From Clostridia bacterium (GTDB lineage Bacteria; Bacillota; Clostridia; UMGS1883): 64,000 bases of DNA. Of the stretch, positions 48,801-58,735 are shown one piece after another. The stretch lies in contig JAZLFH010000017.1 of the NCBI GenBank assembly GCA_045615705.1, positions 9,121 to 73,120 on the forward strand. The letters are read 5' to 3'. Within the stretch, counting starts at the first letter, position 1, and each line of letters starts with the position of its first letter. Both the position numbers and the translations under genes were made by a program. The notes below the pieces were generated by a model. It did not search any database and was not told where the DNA came from. It saw nothing but the letters and a program-made list of their open reading frames with translations.

Positions 48801-49281
48801 TGGCAAGGGTAAACTTTTTGGTAAGGTAAGCCTTATTGATATTTTTATTATTCTTTTAATAATTGCCTCTGTTTTTATAGTTATTAATCGTTTTGGCGGA
48901 AACAATTCTTTTTCAGGTGCCGACAAAGAAATTACCTATACCATATTGGTTGAAGGTGTGCGTGAACCTACCTACAACGCTCTTACAGATGAAAAACATA
49001 CGGCAATTACCGAAAAAGAGACCGGAAGGGAACTTGGTAACATCGTAAGTGTAGAAAAAAAGGACAGTTATATTCCCTCCTCTCTTGCAAACGGCGACTA
49101 TAAACTTGTAAAAAACGAAGGTCGTTACGATTTAACCGTTACCGTAAAGGTTTACGGAAGCGAGGCTGTAAACAGTTACTATGCGTCTTCCGGCAGACAG
49201 TTGATGGTTGGAGAGGACATTAACTTTACAAGCGAAATTTTAGAAACAAACGGCATTGTTACCTCTATAAAAACGGAATAA
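48787..49281 (+). CDS. DUF4330-family single-pass membrane protein
   Basis: The N-terminus MKIIDGKGKLFGKVSLIDIFIILLII matches my recollection of the DUF4330 signature. Needs an HMM check. Confidence 0.5.
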   Translation: MKIIDGKGKLFGKVSLIDIFIILLIIASVFIVINRFGGNNSFSGADKEITYTILVEGVREPTYNALTDEKHTAITEKETGRELGNIVSVEKKDSYIPSSLANGDYKLVKNEGRYDLTVTVKVYGSEAVNSYYASSGRQLMVGEDINFTSEILETNGIVTSIKTE

Positions 49282-49291
49282 TAAGAATAAT

Positions 49292-49315
49292 AAAAAGGGC
49301 TAAATAGCCCTTTTT
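49292..49315. terminator. Bidirectional Rho-independent terminator
   Basis: AAAAAGGGCT aaat AGCCCTTTTT. Confidence 0.7.
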
Positions 49316-49316
49316 A

Positions 49317-49493
49317 TTATTCGTCCTCCGGGAACCTTGAATTTTCATACCATAGAGGCATAAACTCTATGTTTCTCATATTGTCTTGCGGATATAATGC
49401 AGGACTTGTCTGGCTCATCGGTAAAAGTCCCAAATCGGCAAGCCTTTCGCACTCTACCATATAAGTTATGTACGCATATTTTGTATTATCCAT
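49317..49493 (-). CDS. Hypothetical 58-aa protein (below ORF-track cutoff)
   Basis: ATG preceded by GGGAG. Sequence MDNTKYAYITYMVECERLADLGLLPMSQTSPALYPQDNMRNIEFMPLWYENSRFPEDE. Lies downstream of tatD and ends at the bidirectional terminator. Confidence 0.35.
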   Translation of the reverse strand: MDNTKYAYITYMVECERLADLGLLPMSQTSPALYPQDNMRNIEFMPLWYENSRFPEDE

Positions 49494-49539
49494 AAAAACA
49501 CTCCCTCAAATTCAGTATATGAATAAAGGGAGTGTTTTG

Positions 49540-50316
49540 TTACACAATGCCGTAAAATCTTTTTGCGTTTTTTGTCGTCATTTCAATAATGTCTTCTGCA
49601 TCACATTCTCTAATATCTGCTATTCTTTTTGCCGTATGGTAGATGTAATGAGATGAATTTCTCTTTCCCCTGTACGGTTCCGGCGTGAGATAGGGAGAAT
49701 CCGTTTCAATTAAAAGCCTGTCATTCGGTACATACTTTGCCACTTCCACTGCGTTTTTTGCATTTTTAAAGGTTACTACTCCGCCCAATGAAACGCTCAT
49801 ACCTAAGTTTAAAACTAATTTTAAAGTTTCCTTATTTCCTGAAAAACAGTGCATAAGCCCGTTTAGTTCTTTTCCGGCATTTTTTAAAGTGTTAAGGCAG
49901 TCAAAAAACGCATCTCTCTCGTGTACTACAAAAGGCAAATTGTTTTCATTTGCAAATAATATCTGCTCGTAAAACCTTCTTTTTTGTGCCTCTTTTTGCT
50001 TTTCGTCATAATCGTAATGATAGTCAAGCCCTATTTCTCCTATGGCGACTGTTTTTTTATCGGCACAAAGTTTTTTAAGTTCATCAAAATCGCTGTCCTT
50101 CATCTCGTATGCATTTTCGGGATGCACTCCGACAGCCGAATAGATAACATCATATTTTTTTGCAAGTTCTGTGCTTTTTTTACTCGATTTGATATCGCAT
50201 CCTGCATTTACTACATATCCGACCCTGCTTTGTTTCAGGGTTTTTATAACTGTATCTCGGTCTGAATCAAAAGCCTCATCATCAAAGTGTGCATGAGCGT
50301 CAAAAATAAGTTCCAA
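49540..50316 (-). CDS. tatD: TatD-family metal-dependent hydrolase/DNase
   Basis: The DAHAH N-terminal motif, GEIGLDY, and the HCFSG and ETDSPYL motifs. Confidence 0.9.
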   Translation of the reverse strand: MELIFDAHAHFDDEAFDSDRDTVIKTLKQSRVGYVVNAGCDIKSSKKSTELAKKYDVIYSAVGVHPENAYEMKDSDFDELKKLCADKKTVAIGEIGLDYHYDYDEKQKEAQKRRFYEQILFANENNLPFVVHERDAFFDCLNTLKNAGKELNGLMHCFSGNKETLKLVLNLGMSVSLGGVVTFKNAKNAVEVAKYVPNDRLLIETDSPYLTPEPYRGKRNSSHYIYHTAKRIADIRECDAEDIIEMTTKNAKRFYGIV

Positions 50317-50317
50317 T

Positions 50318-52237
50318 TTATCTCACCTGTGAGCCGAGAGGCATATCCTTATCGGGATTTACGATGCTTATATCTTTTTCATTTGCAGCACAAAGAATCA
50401 TTCCGCAAGATTCAACACCGCGAAGTTTTACAGGCTTTAAGTTAACTATTACAATAACTTTTTTCCCGATCATTTCTTCTGTTGAGTAGTTCTTGGCTAT
50501 TCCAGAAACAATTTGTCTTTTTTCGTATCCCAAGTCCACTTTTAACTTGTAAAGTTTGTCTGCCCCTTCAATTTTTTCGCACTCTGTAACTTTTCCGAGG
50601 CGGAGGTCGATTTTTTCAAAATCTTCCATTGTAATTTCGTCTTTCTCATCTGGTTTTTCTGTCTTTTGTGCTGATTTTTGAAGCATTGCAAGTTCTTCTA
50701 ATTCCTTTTCTTGGTCAAGGCGAGGAAAAAGAGGTTCGCCTTTTTTAACCGTGAAGTTTTCCCCTATTGAACCGAAATTGAGTGCAGAGTCAAATCCAAG
50801 TCTTTTTGCACCCATTCTTTCAAGCATTTTATCTGATGTGTCGGGCATTACGGGAGTTATTAACTCTGCAATTATCCTGATTGTTTCTGCCAAATTATAA
50901 AGCACGCAGGCAAGTCTTTTCTTTTTACTCTCGTCCTTAGCAAGTGCCCAAGGCATAGTTTCATCAATATACTTGTTTGCCCTTGAAACAAGTTTCCAAA
51001 TTTCAGAAAGTGCCTGCGAAAACTGAAATGTATCCATGTTTTCACATACGGAAACAGAAACTTCTTTTGAAAGTTTTATAAACGAAGCATCTTCATCGCC
51101 TTCTTCTCTTTCTTTCGGAAGTGTTCCGCCAAAGTATTTTTCTATCATACTCTCTGTTCTCGAAACAAGATTTCCGAGGTCGTTTGCCAAGTCGGAATTT
51201 ATTCTTGATATAAGTGCTTCATTTGAAAATGTACCGTCTGCACCAAAAGGCATCTCTCTCATTAAGAAATATCTCAGTGCATCAACTCCGTATCTCTCCG
51301 CTAAAATAACCGGGTCAACAACATTTCCCTTAGATTTACTCATCTTTCCGCCGTCAAGGAGCAACCAGCCATGCCCGTAAACCTGTTTCGGGAGCGGAAG
51401 ATCAAGTGCCATAAGCATTGCCGGCCAAATAATAGAGTGGAAACGAACAATTTCTTTTCCCACGAGGTGTAAATCTGCGGGCCAAAACTTTTCAAAATCC
51501 GACTCGTCATCCGAAAAAGCACCAAGTGCGGTTATATAGTTTGAAAGTGCATCAATCCAGACATACGCTACATGTTTTGGGTCAAATTCAACAGGTACAC
51601 CCCAATCAAAAGTCGTCCTTGAAACGCATAAATCATCAAGTCCCGGAATCAAAAAGTTATTTAACATCTCGTTCTGTCTTGATGGTGGTTGTAAAAAATC
51701 GGGATTATTTTTTATCAAATCAATTAATCTGTCCTGGTACTTTGAAAGGCGGAAAAAGTAACTTTCTTCACGCGTCTTTTCAACCGGTCTGTCGCAGTCG
51801 GGACATTTGCCGTTCTTTAACTGATGCTCTGTCCAAAAAGCTTCACAAGGAGTACAATACCAGCCTTCATACTCACTCTTGTATATATCGCCTTTTTCAT
51901 AAAGTTTATTAAAGATTTTTTGTACAGCCTTCTCGTGCATTTCGTCAGTTGTACGAATAAAGCGGTCATTGGAAATATTCATAAGTTTCCACAAATCTTT
52001 AATTCCCGCTACTACCTCGTCAACATATTCTTTCGGTGTAACGCCTTTTTCCTCTGCTATTCTTTGAATTTTTTGACCATGCTCGTCAGTTCCGGTCAAA
52101 AACATAACATCATAGCCTTTTGACCGTTTGTACCTTGCTATTGAATCTGCCGCAACAGTACAATAAGTATGCCCTATGTGAAGTTTATCACTCGGATAAT
52201 AAATAGGGGTTGTTATATAAAATTTTTCTTTTGTCAT
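50318..52237 (-). CDS. metG: Methionine--tRNA ligase with C-terminal tRNA-binding (Trbp111/EMAP-like) domain
   Basis: HIGH motif (LHIGH), KMSKS, a CxxC...CxxC zinc knuckle, and a C-terminal DLRLGKV...IVSGI domain. Start at the ATG at 52237 after GAGGAGGA. Confidence 0.95.
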   Translation of the reverse strand: MTKEKFYITTPIYYPSDKLHIGHTYCTVAADSIARYKRSKGYDVMFLTGTDEHGQKIQRIAEEKGVTPKEYVDEVVAGIKDLWKLMNISNDRFIRTTDEMHEKAVQKIFNKLYEKGDIYKSEYEGWYCTPCEAFWTEHQLKNGKCPDCDRPVEKTREESYFFRLSKYQDRLIDLIKNNPDFLQPPSRQNEMLNNFLIPGLDDLCVSRTTFDWGVPVEFDPKHVAYVWIDALSNYITALGAFSDDESDFEKFWPADLHLVGKEIVRFHSIIWPAMLMALDLPLPKQVYGHGWLLLDGGKMSKSKGNVVDPVILAERYGVDALRYFLMREMPFGADGTFSNEALISRINSDLANDLGNLVSRTESMIEKYFGGTLPKEREEGDEDASFIKLSKEVSVSVCENMDTFQFSQALSEIWKLVSRANKYIDETMPWALAKDESKKKRLACVLYNLAETIRIIAELITPVMPDTSDKMLERMGAKRLGFDSALNFGSIGENFTVKKGEPLFPRLDQEKELEELAMLQKSAQKTEKPDEKDEITMEDFEKIDLRLGKVTECEKIEGADKLYKLKVDLGYEKRQIVSGIAKNYSTEEMIGKKVIVIVNLKPVKLRGVESCGMILCAANEKDISIVNPDKDMPLGSQVR

Positions 52238-52250
52238 TTTATGTTCCTCC

Positions 52251-53417
52251 TCATGCATACATTTTATCTATTTTAATTACCGCAAAATAAGTTTGATTTA
52301 TTTTTAAAATCTCTTTTTTTACCTGACTTAACACATCGTTGTTTTTCATTTTGCAATCAAACGGAATAACAATATCAAAAATAAGATTGGTGTGTGTAGG
52401 TCCGGGTACCATTCTGAAATCATGAATAGACATTCGGTCGTCCATCTCTTTTACGATTTTAGAAACTTTTTGTCTTAAATCAAAAACAAGTTCATTTTTG
52501 TCGTCAATCGGGTCCATGTGAATTACCGCTTCGCAGTTAAACTTTTTGCACAATTCAACTTCTATGTTGTCTATCATATCATGCATTTTAAAAACATCTT
52601 CACTTGCACTTACTTCTGCATGAAGCGACATCATAACTCTTCCCGGTCCGTAGTCATGTACTACAAGATCGTGAATGCCCTTTACTCCTTCGTGTGCCAT
52701 AACCGTTTTTTCTATATCCGATACAAATTCCTTTGAAGGCATTTGTCCAAGGAGTGGTGCTATTGTATCTTTTGCCGAATTAAACCCTGCAATAAGTATC
52801 ATAACAGACACAACTACACCGCAGTATCCGTCTATGTTAAGTGATGTATATTTTGAAACTAAAATTGCCGCAAGCGTAGCCCCGGTTGCAATACAATCGC
52901 TGAAACTGTCTGTTGCCGTTGCTTTCATAGCGTTTGAATTTATCTTTTTCCCTATTGAATTATTATAAAATGCCATATAAAACTTAACAAATATCGAGGC
53001 AATAATTATTACTATTGCAACAGCATTTGCCTCAATATCGGACGGAGAAAATATTTTTGAAACGGACTCTTTAAAAAGTTCAAATCCAACCGTTACTATA
53101 ATGATTGATACAATAAGTGCCGAAATGTATTCCATTCTGCCATGCCCAAACGGATGGTCCTCATCTGCCTGACGGTTTGACATTTTAAACCCTAAAAGTG
53201 TAACAACCGATGAGCCTGCATCGGAAAGGTTATTAAAAGCATCTGCCGTAACCGAAACCGAACCGCTGAGAAGCCCTGCAAAAAGTTTTATTGCAAACAG
53301 AAATACATTAAAAATTATTCCTACAATTCCGCACAAAAATCCGTATGCGGTTCTGACTCTTTGTGATGCAACATCTTCTCTGTCCTTTATGAAAATTTTA
53401 GCAAGCAAAGTTACCAT
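52251..53417 (-). CDS. Cation diffusion facilitator (CDF) family transporter
   Basis: Six TM helices with the SVTADAFNNLSD and HGRMEY motifs, plus a C-terminal cytoplasmic domain. Start at 53417 after GGAGGA. Confidence 0.9.
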   Translation of the reverse strand: MVTLLAKIFIKDREDVASQRVRTAYGFLCGIVGIIFNVFLFAIKLFAGLLSGSVSVTADAFNNLSDAGSSVVTLLGFKMSNRQADEDHPFGHGRMEYISALIVSIIIVTVGFELFKESVSKIFSPSDIEANAVAIVIIIASIFVKFYMAFYNNSIGKKINSNAMKATATDSFSDCIATGATLAAILVSKYTSLNIDGYCGVVVSVMILIAGFNSAKDTIAPLLGQMPSKEFVSDIEKTVMAHEGVKGIHDLVVHDYGPGRVMMSLHAEVSASEDVFKMHDMIDNIEVELCKKFNCEAVIHMDPIDDKNELVFDLRQKVSKIVKEMDDRMSIHDFRMVPGPTHTNLIFDIVIPFDCKMKNNDVLSQVKKEILKINQTYFAVIKIDKMYA

Positions 53418-53603
53418 ATTTATTCCTCCAATGCTTAATTTTACCACAGTGTTAACTTTTTTTCAAGTAGTAACAAAAAAATATGACTTTCTAATACTTA
53501 TTATATAAAAAAATAGAGTCGGCATTGCCGAATCCATTAAAAAGTTTTGTATTCTTTAAAATATTTAAATATAAGTTTTTATTGTCGCAAAAAATAACAA
53601 CTG

Positions 53604-53789
53604 CTATGAAATGAGGTATAAAAAATATATTAAGGCCGAAATCATACACAAAAATATTACCGCCAAAAAGCCTAAGGTATTTTTTGTTTTTTTCAGGTAA
53701 ATTGAGTAAGAAAATGTGCGTATCAAAATTAAAATCTCAACAAGCATCAATAAAAATTTTACTCCATTTATTGAAAAAGTCATCATCAT
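53604..53789 (-). CDS. Small two-TM membrane protein translationally coupled to the Ger(x)C gene (possible germinant-receptor D-type subunit)
   Basis: 61 aa with two hydrophobic helices. ATGA overlap with the upstream gerAC-like gene. Confidence 0.45.
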   Translation of the reverse strand: MMMTFSINGVKFLLMLVEILILIRTFSYSIYLKKTKNTLGFLAVIFLCMISALIYFLYLIS

Positions 53790-54979
53790 TCCTCCTGTAT
53801 TGCGTTTGAATTTGTTATGCTGAGGTTAACATTAACATCAAATGAAGCATTTTTATATTTCTTTTCCCAATCGTACTTTTCCCAATCGTCTATGTTTAAA
53901 AAATTCTTTTCGGCATATTTGTAAAATCCGAAAATATCACTGTCAAACTCACTTTGGCTCCTTTTTACAAGTTTTTTTATTTCCTGCTCCGCTTTTTTTG
54001 AAAACATATCTTTAAACTTAGAATCGTTATCCGACTTTTCGTTTTTCTCTCCTGCCAATACATATTCTCCCTCTAAAAATATATTTGCATAAATTTTGGG
54101 TATATCGCTTTTTGTATCCACCTTTATTATAGGTCTTGATAATTGTTTAAGTTTTATTGTTGTGTTTTTTTGTTTTTCATCATCATAGAGTGAAAAATAA
54201 TCCTCGGAATAACTGAATCTTAAAATCCTGAAAAATGTTTCTTCGGTTTCATTAAGGACTCCTTTCATCTGTCCTTTTTTAAATACCGAAAGCCCCAAAA
54301 ATTCCGCTCTGTCCTTTGATTTTCTCGGTGTATCTCCCGCTTCTGTTTTTGAAGAAAAGTCATCTTCTTTGCCTTCGTTTTTTATTTCATTATCATTTAT
54401 GGCACCATATAACATAACAGGGCTTGCGTGTAAACTTTCGTATGCAAAAAATCCGCTTGAAAGCGTAGTTTCTTTGGAATATCTGTCATCATCTCTTGAA
54501 AACAGAAGTTCAAAATACTTTTCTGCATAAGGTTCACCGGGGGGCTTTACATTCTTTAAAAATTCGCTCGGTTTATCCTTTGAAACGCACATATATGTGC
54601 TTGGTCGAAGTTCTCGGTCTTGTCCGAAAGTTATCAAAAAATCATCTATGCCCTCTTTTGCGATTTCCTCTGAAAAAAGTATCAATTTAGTATGCGAAAG
54701 GTCAATTCTCTTACTTTTAAATCCGGAAAGGTATTTTATTGCGGTAAAAAGATTTTCCGCCTCAATGTATGAACATTCACTTTTGTCTTCTTTTTCTTCT
54801 TTGTCACTATCCTCTTTATCAGTTTCTTCCTTATCTGAAAACATAAATGTAAATCCGTATATTCCGTTTTCACATTTTTCAACACCTAACGCTACAAGAT
54901 ATGCTTTGTTTTCAACATCCGTAAGCACTCCGCATCCCGAAAGAAAAAGTATCATTAAAATTGCAATTATGTTTTTCAT
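53786..54979 (-). CDS. Ger(x)C-family spore germination lipoprotein
   Basis: Lipobox LSGCG, followed by the Ger(x)C pattern. Third gene of an A-B-C operon. Confidence 0.85.
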   Translation of the reverse strand: MKNIIAILMILFLSGCGVLTDVENKAYLVALGVEKCENGIYGFTFMFSDKEETDKEDSDKEEKEDKSECSYIEAENLFTAIKYLSGFKSKRIDLSHTKLILFSEEIAKEGIDDFLITFGQDRELRPSTYMCVSKDKPSEFLKNVKPPGEPYAEKYFELLFSRDDDRYSKETTLSSGFFAYESLHASPVMLYGAINDNEIKNEGKEDDFSSKTEAGDTPRKSKDRAEFLGLSVFKKGQMKGVLNETEETFFRILRFSYSEDYFSLYDDEKQKNTTIKLKQLSRPIIKVDTKSDIPKIYANIFLEGEYVLAGEKNEKSDNDSKFKDMFSKKAEQEIKKLVKRSQSEFDSDIFGFYKYAEKNFLNIDDWEKYDWEKKYKNASFDVNVNLSITNSNAIQEE

Positions 54980-56073
54980 TTTATTTTTCTCCTTGCAAAA
55001 AGCAGTACAATAAATGGGAAAATCGGGTAAAAAATCGCTCCGTATCTGAAAAACACCTCAAAGAATATGCTCAAATGTCTGTCGCTCATGGGAAGTATCG
55101 AAAACAGGTACACGCTAAATGCCAAAATCGGGACTATTGGTCTTAAAGAATTTAACTTAAATGTCCTTTTTAGTGTGTATGCGGAAAAGAATAAGACACC
55201 ACTTAGGTATATTTGAACAGACAGACCGGAAATGAAAATTACAAGCGGGTCAAGTCTTTGCCAAAACACTCCCGATTTTATAAGCCGAGTAAGTTCGTAT
55301 ATCGGCTGTGCAATTTTTGCGGTTATGGGGTACGGAATTACAAGACAATATGACAATGACCAAATTGCAGTAAGCATTCCGCTGAGTAAAATTGCATTTT
55401 TACCTATGCTTTGAAATGCTTTGAAATCTCTTAAAAACGGCACCAACAAAAAAATAATCCCCACTTCTGCAAAAATGTTTGTGTTGACTGCGGTAGTGGA
55501 CAATACCTGTCTTATCCCTTTTCCTAAAATCGGGTAAAGATTTTTTATGTCGCAAAGTCGCCAAAGCATTATTACAATTATTGCCGTTGCAAAAAACGAA
55601 ACGATTGAAATTATTACATTTGCCCTTCCTATACTCTCAATTCCCAAAAACGCACAAACAGTCATTGGAACAAGGAAAAACAAGGCTATAAATTCTACTC
55701 TTCCGCTGCTTAGTGCGGTCATTTTTATTTCTCGTATCATGTTTTTTTCCACTGCCGTTGCCATAGAGATCAAAACGGTAAATATGAATACTCCGCCTAT
55801 TATTCTGCCTGCCTTATTGAATGCAATTTCAAGCAAATCAAAAATATCTTTCTCAAAAAAATTCTTGTATATGCTCGACAACATTAAAAAAATTGCGAGT
55901 GAGAGAAGTGTTTTCAGGATAATTACAAGCCAAACGGCATTTCCGCTTTGTTCTACCAAAAGTGTCGGCATAGAAAGAAAAAATTTTGTTATTACTGCCG
56001 CAGTTATTATAAGGATTCCTTCTGCTTTTCCTATCTCTTTAACTTTAATCACCTCATTTAACTTTTTCTCCAC
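54976..56073 (-). CDS. Spore germination protein, GerAB/APC-permease-like subunit
   Basis: About 10-TM protein of 365 aa between the GerA- and GerC-type genes. Confidence 0.85.
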   Translation of the reverse strand: MEKKLNEVIKVKEIGKAEGILIITAAVITKFFLSMPTLLVEQSGNAVWLVIILKTLLSLAIFLMLSSIYKNFFEKDIFDLLEIAFNKAGRIIGGVFIFTVLISMATAVEKNMIREIKMTALSSGRVEFIALFFLVPMTVCAFLGIESIGRANVIISIVSFFATAIIVIMLWRLCDIKNLYPILGKGIRQVLSTTAVNTNIFAEVGIIFLLVPFLRDFKAFQSIGKNAILLSGMLTAIWSLSYCLVIPYPITAKIAQPIYELTRLIKSGVFWQRLDPLVIFISGLSVQIYLSGVLFFSAYTLKRTFKLNSLRPIVPILAFSVYLFSILPMSDRHLSIFFEVFFRYGAIFYPIFPFIVLLFARRKIK

Positions 56074-57629
56074 TTTTCCGAAATATCAGGTTGTGCTTTT
56101 TCTCTCTTAGTATTTAAAAAGTCAGGTCTGTACTCTCTTTTCCATATTGGAGGTATAAAACCGGTATGAAGCATTGCTCTTTTTGAAACCGGTGCAATCG
56201 GTGATAACATAGGAACGCCCATAGATTTAACACTTGACCATACCGCAAGATGCATTATCATACCCGCAGTAATCCCCAAAAAACCTCCTAATGCACCTAA
56301 AAATATATACATAAATTTAAGAACTCGTGCGGAAAGTGAAATGTAATAATTAGGTGTAGCAAGACTTCCTATTGCCGAAAACGATACTATTATTATCATT
56401 ATCGGACTTACGATTTTTGCTTCTACCGCCGCTTGACCCAATATAAGTGCTCCGACAATACTCAACGGTGATGAAATTGTTCCGGGCACTCTGTTTCCCG
56501 CCTCACGAACAATTTCAAGTGATATTTCCATAAGTAAAAGTTCCAAAAATGCAGGAAACGGCACTTTTTCTCTTGCCGAAATTATGGACATCAAAAGGTC
56601 TGTCGGTATTATTTCTTGATGAAAATTGATTACTGCGATATATAATCCTGAAATCAAAAGCGAAAAAAAGTACGCAAAAAGTCTTACAAAATGAATCATG
56701 GCAACATACGGAAATCTTAAATATCTGTCGTCTGCCGGTTCATTTAGTTCAAAAACCGTTATCGGTGAAATTATTGCATATGGCGAACCGTCAACAAGTA
56801 TTGCACACCTTCCCTCGCATATTGCCCTTGCCGTTCTGTCGGGACGCTCGGTGGAAAGGAATTGCGGTATTGTGAGGAAACTTTTATCTTCGATAAATTG
56901 TTCCACTTCCGCACTCGAAAACACATAATCCGTTGAAATATTTTCAAGCCGCATTTTTGCTTCCTCAATCATTGAGTCCGATGCTACCGATTCCAAATAA
57001 CAAACGGCACACGATGTGTGGCTCAAAGTTCCTACTTCTACCTCTTCAATTACAAAATCTCTGTTTTTAATGAGTCGTCGTAAAAGAGAAGTATTTGCGT
57101 TTATCATTTCCGAAAATGCGTCTGACGGTCCTCTTAGGACTATTTCGTTTTTTGCTTCTTCTATTCCTCTGTGTTCCCAACCCTTCATATCTATTATTAC
57201 AGCATCTTTCATGCCTTCCGCCAAAAGAACGCAAGAGCCGTAATTTAGTTTTGTAAGTATTTCGTCAATCGAATTTGAAAAGTCCATTTCCCCTTCCGGA
57301 ACCGAATTTTTTATAAAATCTCCTATTTTGCTCTTGCCGTCAAACAACATAATAGGCTTGAAAACAAAATCGCAAAGGTCGGTTCTGTCTACCATTCCGT
57401 CAATAAAAAACACACTGCATTTTTCTCCGCCTTTTGACTTGAACTCTCTTACTCGGCTGTCCCGGTTTTTATCAAAACGCATCATTTCTCTTATCAGTGC
57501 CACATCTTTTTTATATCTTCCCGAAAGGTATGTTTCTTCGTGTTTTTTTACTTTTTGTCCGCTGTCGGTAAGTGAAAAATCATGTTCTTTTTCCGGAAGT
57601 TTATATATAAATAAATCTTTAACTGCCAT
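56058..57629 (-). CDS. Spore germination protein, GerAA-type subunit
   Basis: Soluble N-domain plus a C-terminal TM region with PFPAFLELLLMEISLEIVREAG, typical of GerA. Start placed at 57629 (MAVKDLF) after GGGGA. Confidence 0.9.
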   Translation of the reverse strand: MAVKDLFIYKLPEKEHDFSLTDSGQKVKKHEETYLSGRYKKDVALIREMMRFDKNRDSRVREFKSKGGEKCSVFFIDGMVDRTDLCDFVFKPIMLFDGKSKIGDFIKNSVPEGEMDFSNSIDEILTKLNYGSCVLLAEGMKDAVIIDMKGWEHRGIEEAKNEIVLRGPSDAFSEMINANTSLLRRLIKNRDFVIEEVEVGTLSHTSCAVCYLESVASDSMIEEAKMRLENISTDYVFSSAEVEQFIEDKSFLTIPQFLSTERPDRTARAICEGRCAILVDGSPYAIISPITVFELNEPADDRYLRFPYVAMIHFVRLFAYFFSLLISGLYIAVINFHQEIIPTDLLMSIISAREKVPFPAFLELLLMEISLEIVREAGNRVPGTISSPLSIVGALILGQAAVEAKIVSPIMIIIVSFSAIGSLATPNYYISLSARVLKFMYIFLGALGGFLGITAGMIMHLAVWSSVKSMGVPMLSPIAPVSKRAMLHTGFIPPIWKREYRPDFLNTKREKAQPDISEKWRKS

Positions 57630-57763
57630 ATTTATCCCCCAATCATTTTCATCTTTCCCGTTTAAATATTTAATATACATGGGCTGTAAAAAAGCATACC
57701 GATTGTATAAAGAGAGAAAAAAACATTAGTTTAATTATTTAAGTAAAAAACTAATGCTTTACA

Positions 57764-57800
57764 TCAAAAAAAGAGATGTAAAAACAGTTTTTTACATCTC
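57764..57800 (-). terminator. Rho-independent terminator of ftsY
   Basis: GAGATGTAAAAA cag TTTTTACATCTC, followed on the minus strand by a T run. Confidence 0.65.
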
Positions 57801-57814
57801 CATATACATATTAA

Positions 57815-58735
57815 TTAAAAATTAAAGAGTGCATCACAAAAATCTTGTGCGTCAAATTCTTGAAGGTCTTCTATTCCCTCTCCTACTCCGATAAACTTTA
57901 CGGGAACCGAAAGTTTCTTCATTATGTTTACAACCATTCCGCCCTTAGCCGTACCGTCTAACTTCGTTAAAACAATTCCCGTAAGCGAAGCAGCTTTATC
58001 AAATTCTTCCGCTTGTGCGATTGCATTTTGCCCTGTTGTTGCATCCAAAACCAACAGTACCTCTCTTGATGCCCCGGGAAGTTCTCTTTCGATAACACGG
58101 TAAATCTTTTTAAGTTCTTCCATGAGGTTTTTCTTGTTGTGAAGTCTGCCTGCCGTATCGCAGATTAATATATCTGTTTTTTTGCTCTTTGCCGAAGCAC
58201 ACGCATCAAAAACCACCGCCGCAGGGTCTGCCCCCTCGTTTAGTCTTACAATAGGCACATCATTTCTTTTTGCCCATATTTCAAGTTGGTCAGATGCTGC
58301 TGCTCTGAATGTATCCGCCGCCGCAAGCATAACACTTTTTCCTTCTTTTTTGTAGCGTGATGTGAGTTTTCCTATTGTTGTTGTTTTTCCCACACCATTT
58401 ACCCCGATTAAAAGAATAACCGAAGGGCTTGTGTCAAGGTGCATTTTACTGTCGCCGTTTAAGTAACCTCTTACTATATCTTTTATTTCAACTTTTAATT
58501 CTTCGGAGTCTGTTAATCTTTTTTCTTTGACTCTTTCTTTCAGTTCGTCAATAATCTCCATCGTTGTCATTGCACCGATGTCGCCTTCAATAAGTGCTTC
58601 TTCAAGTTCGTCAAAAAGTTCATCATCAATTTTTTTAAAAAGTTTTAATGTATTTTCGACCTTTTGCGATATATTATCTCTCGTCTTTTCCATTGAATCT
58701 TTAAGACGCGAAAAAAAGCCTCTTTTTTCTTCCAT
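57815..58735 (-). CDS. ftsY: Signal recognition particle receptor FtsY
   Basis: SRP54-type GTPase motifs GVNGVGKTTT, DTAGR and TKLDG. 306 aa. Confidence 0.95.
   Translation of the reverse strand: MEEKRGFFSRLKDSMEKTRDNISQKVENTLKLFKKIDDELFDELEEALIEGDIGAMTTMEIIDELKERVKEKRLTDSEELKVEIKDIVRGYLNGDSKMHLDTSPSVILLIGVNGVGKTTTIGKLTSRYKKEGKSVMLAAADTFRAAASDQLEIWAKRNDVPIVRLNEGADPAAVVFDACASAKSKKTDILICDTAGRLHNKKNLMEELKKIYRVIERELPGASREVLLVLDATTGQNAIAQAEEFDKAASLTGIVLTKLDGTAKGGMVVNIMKKLSVPVKFIGVGEGIEDLQEFDAQDFCDALFNF

Noticed and set aside
52238-52260. Looked for a T-box leader upstream of metG and for T-box or riboswitch leaders upstream of the amino-acid ABC operon (21422-21573)
   Set aside because: metG starts 14 nt after the CDF gene stop, with its SD overlapping that stop, so there is no room for a leader. 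The ABC operon 5' UTR is only ~25 nt.
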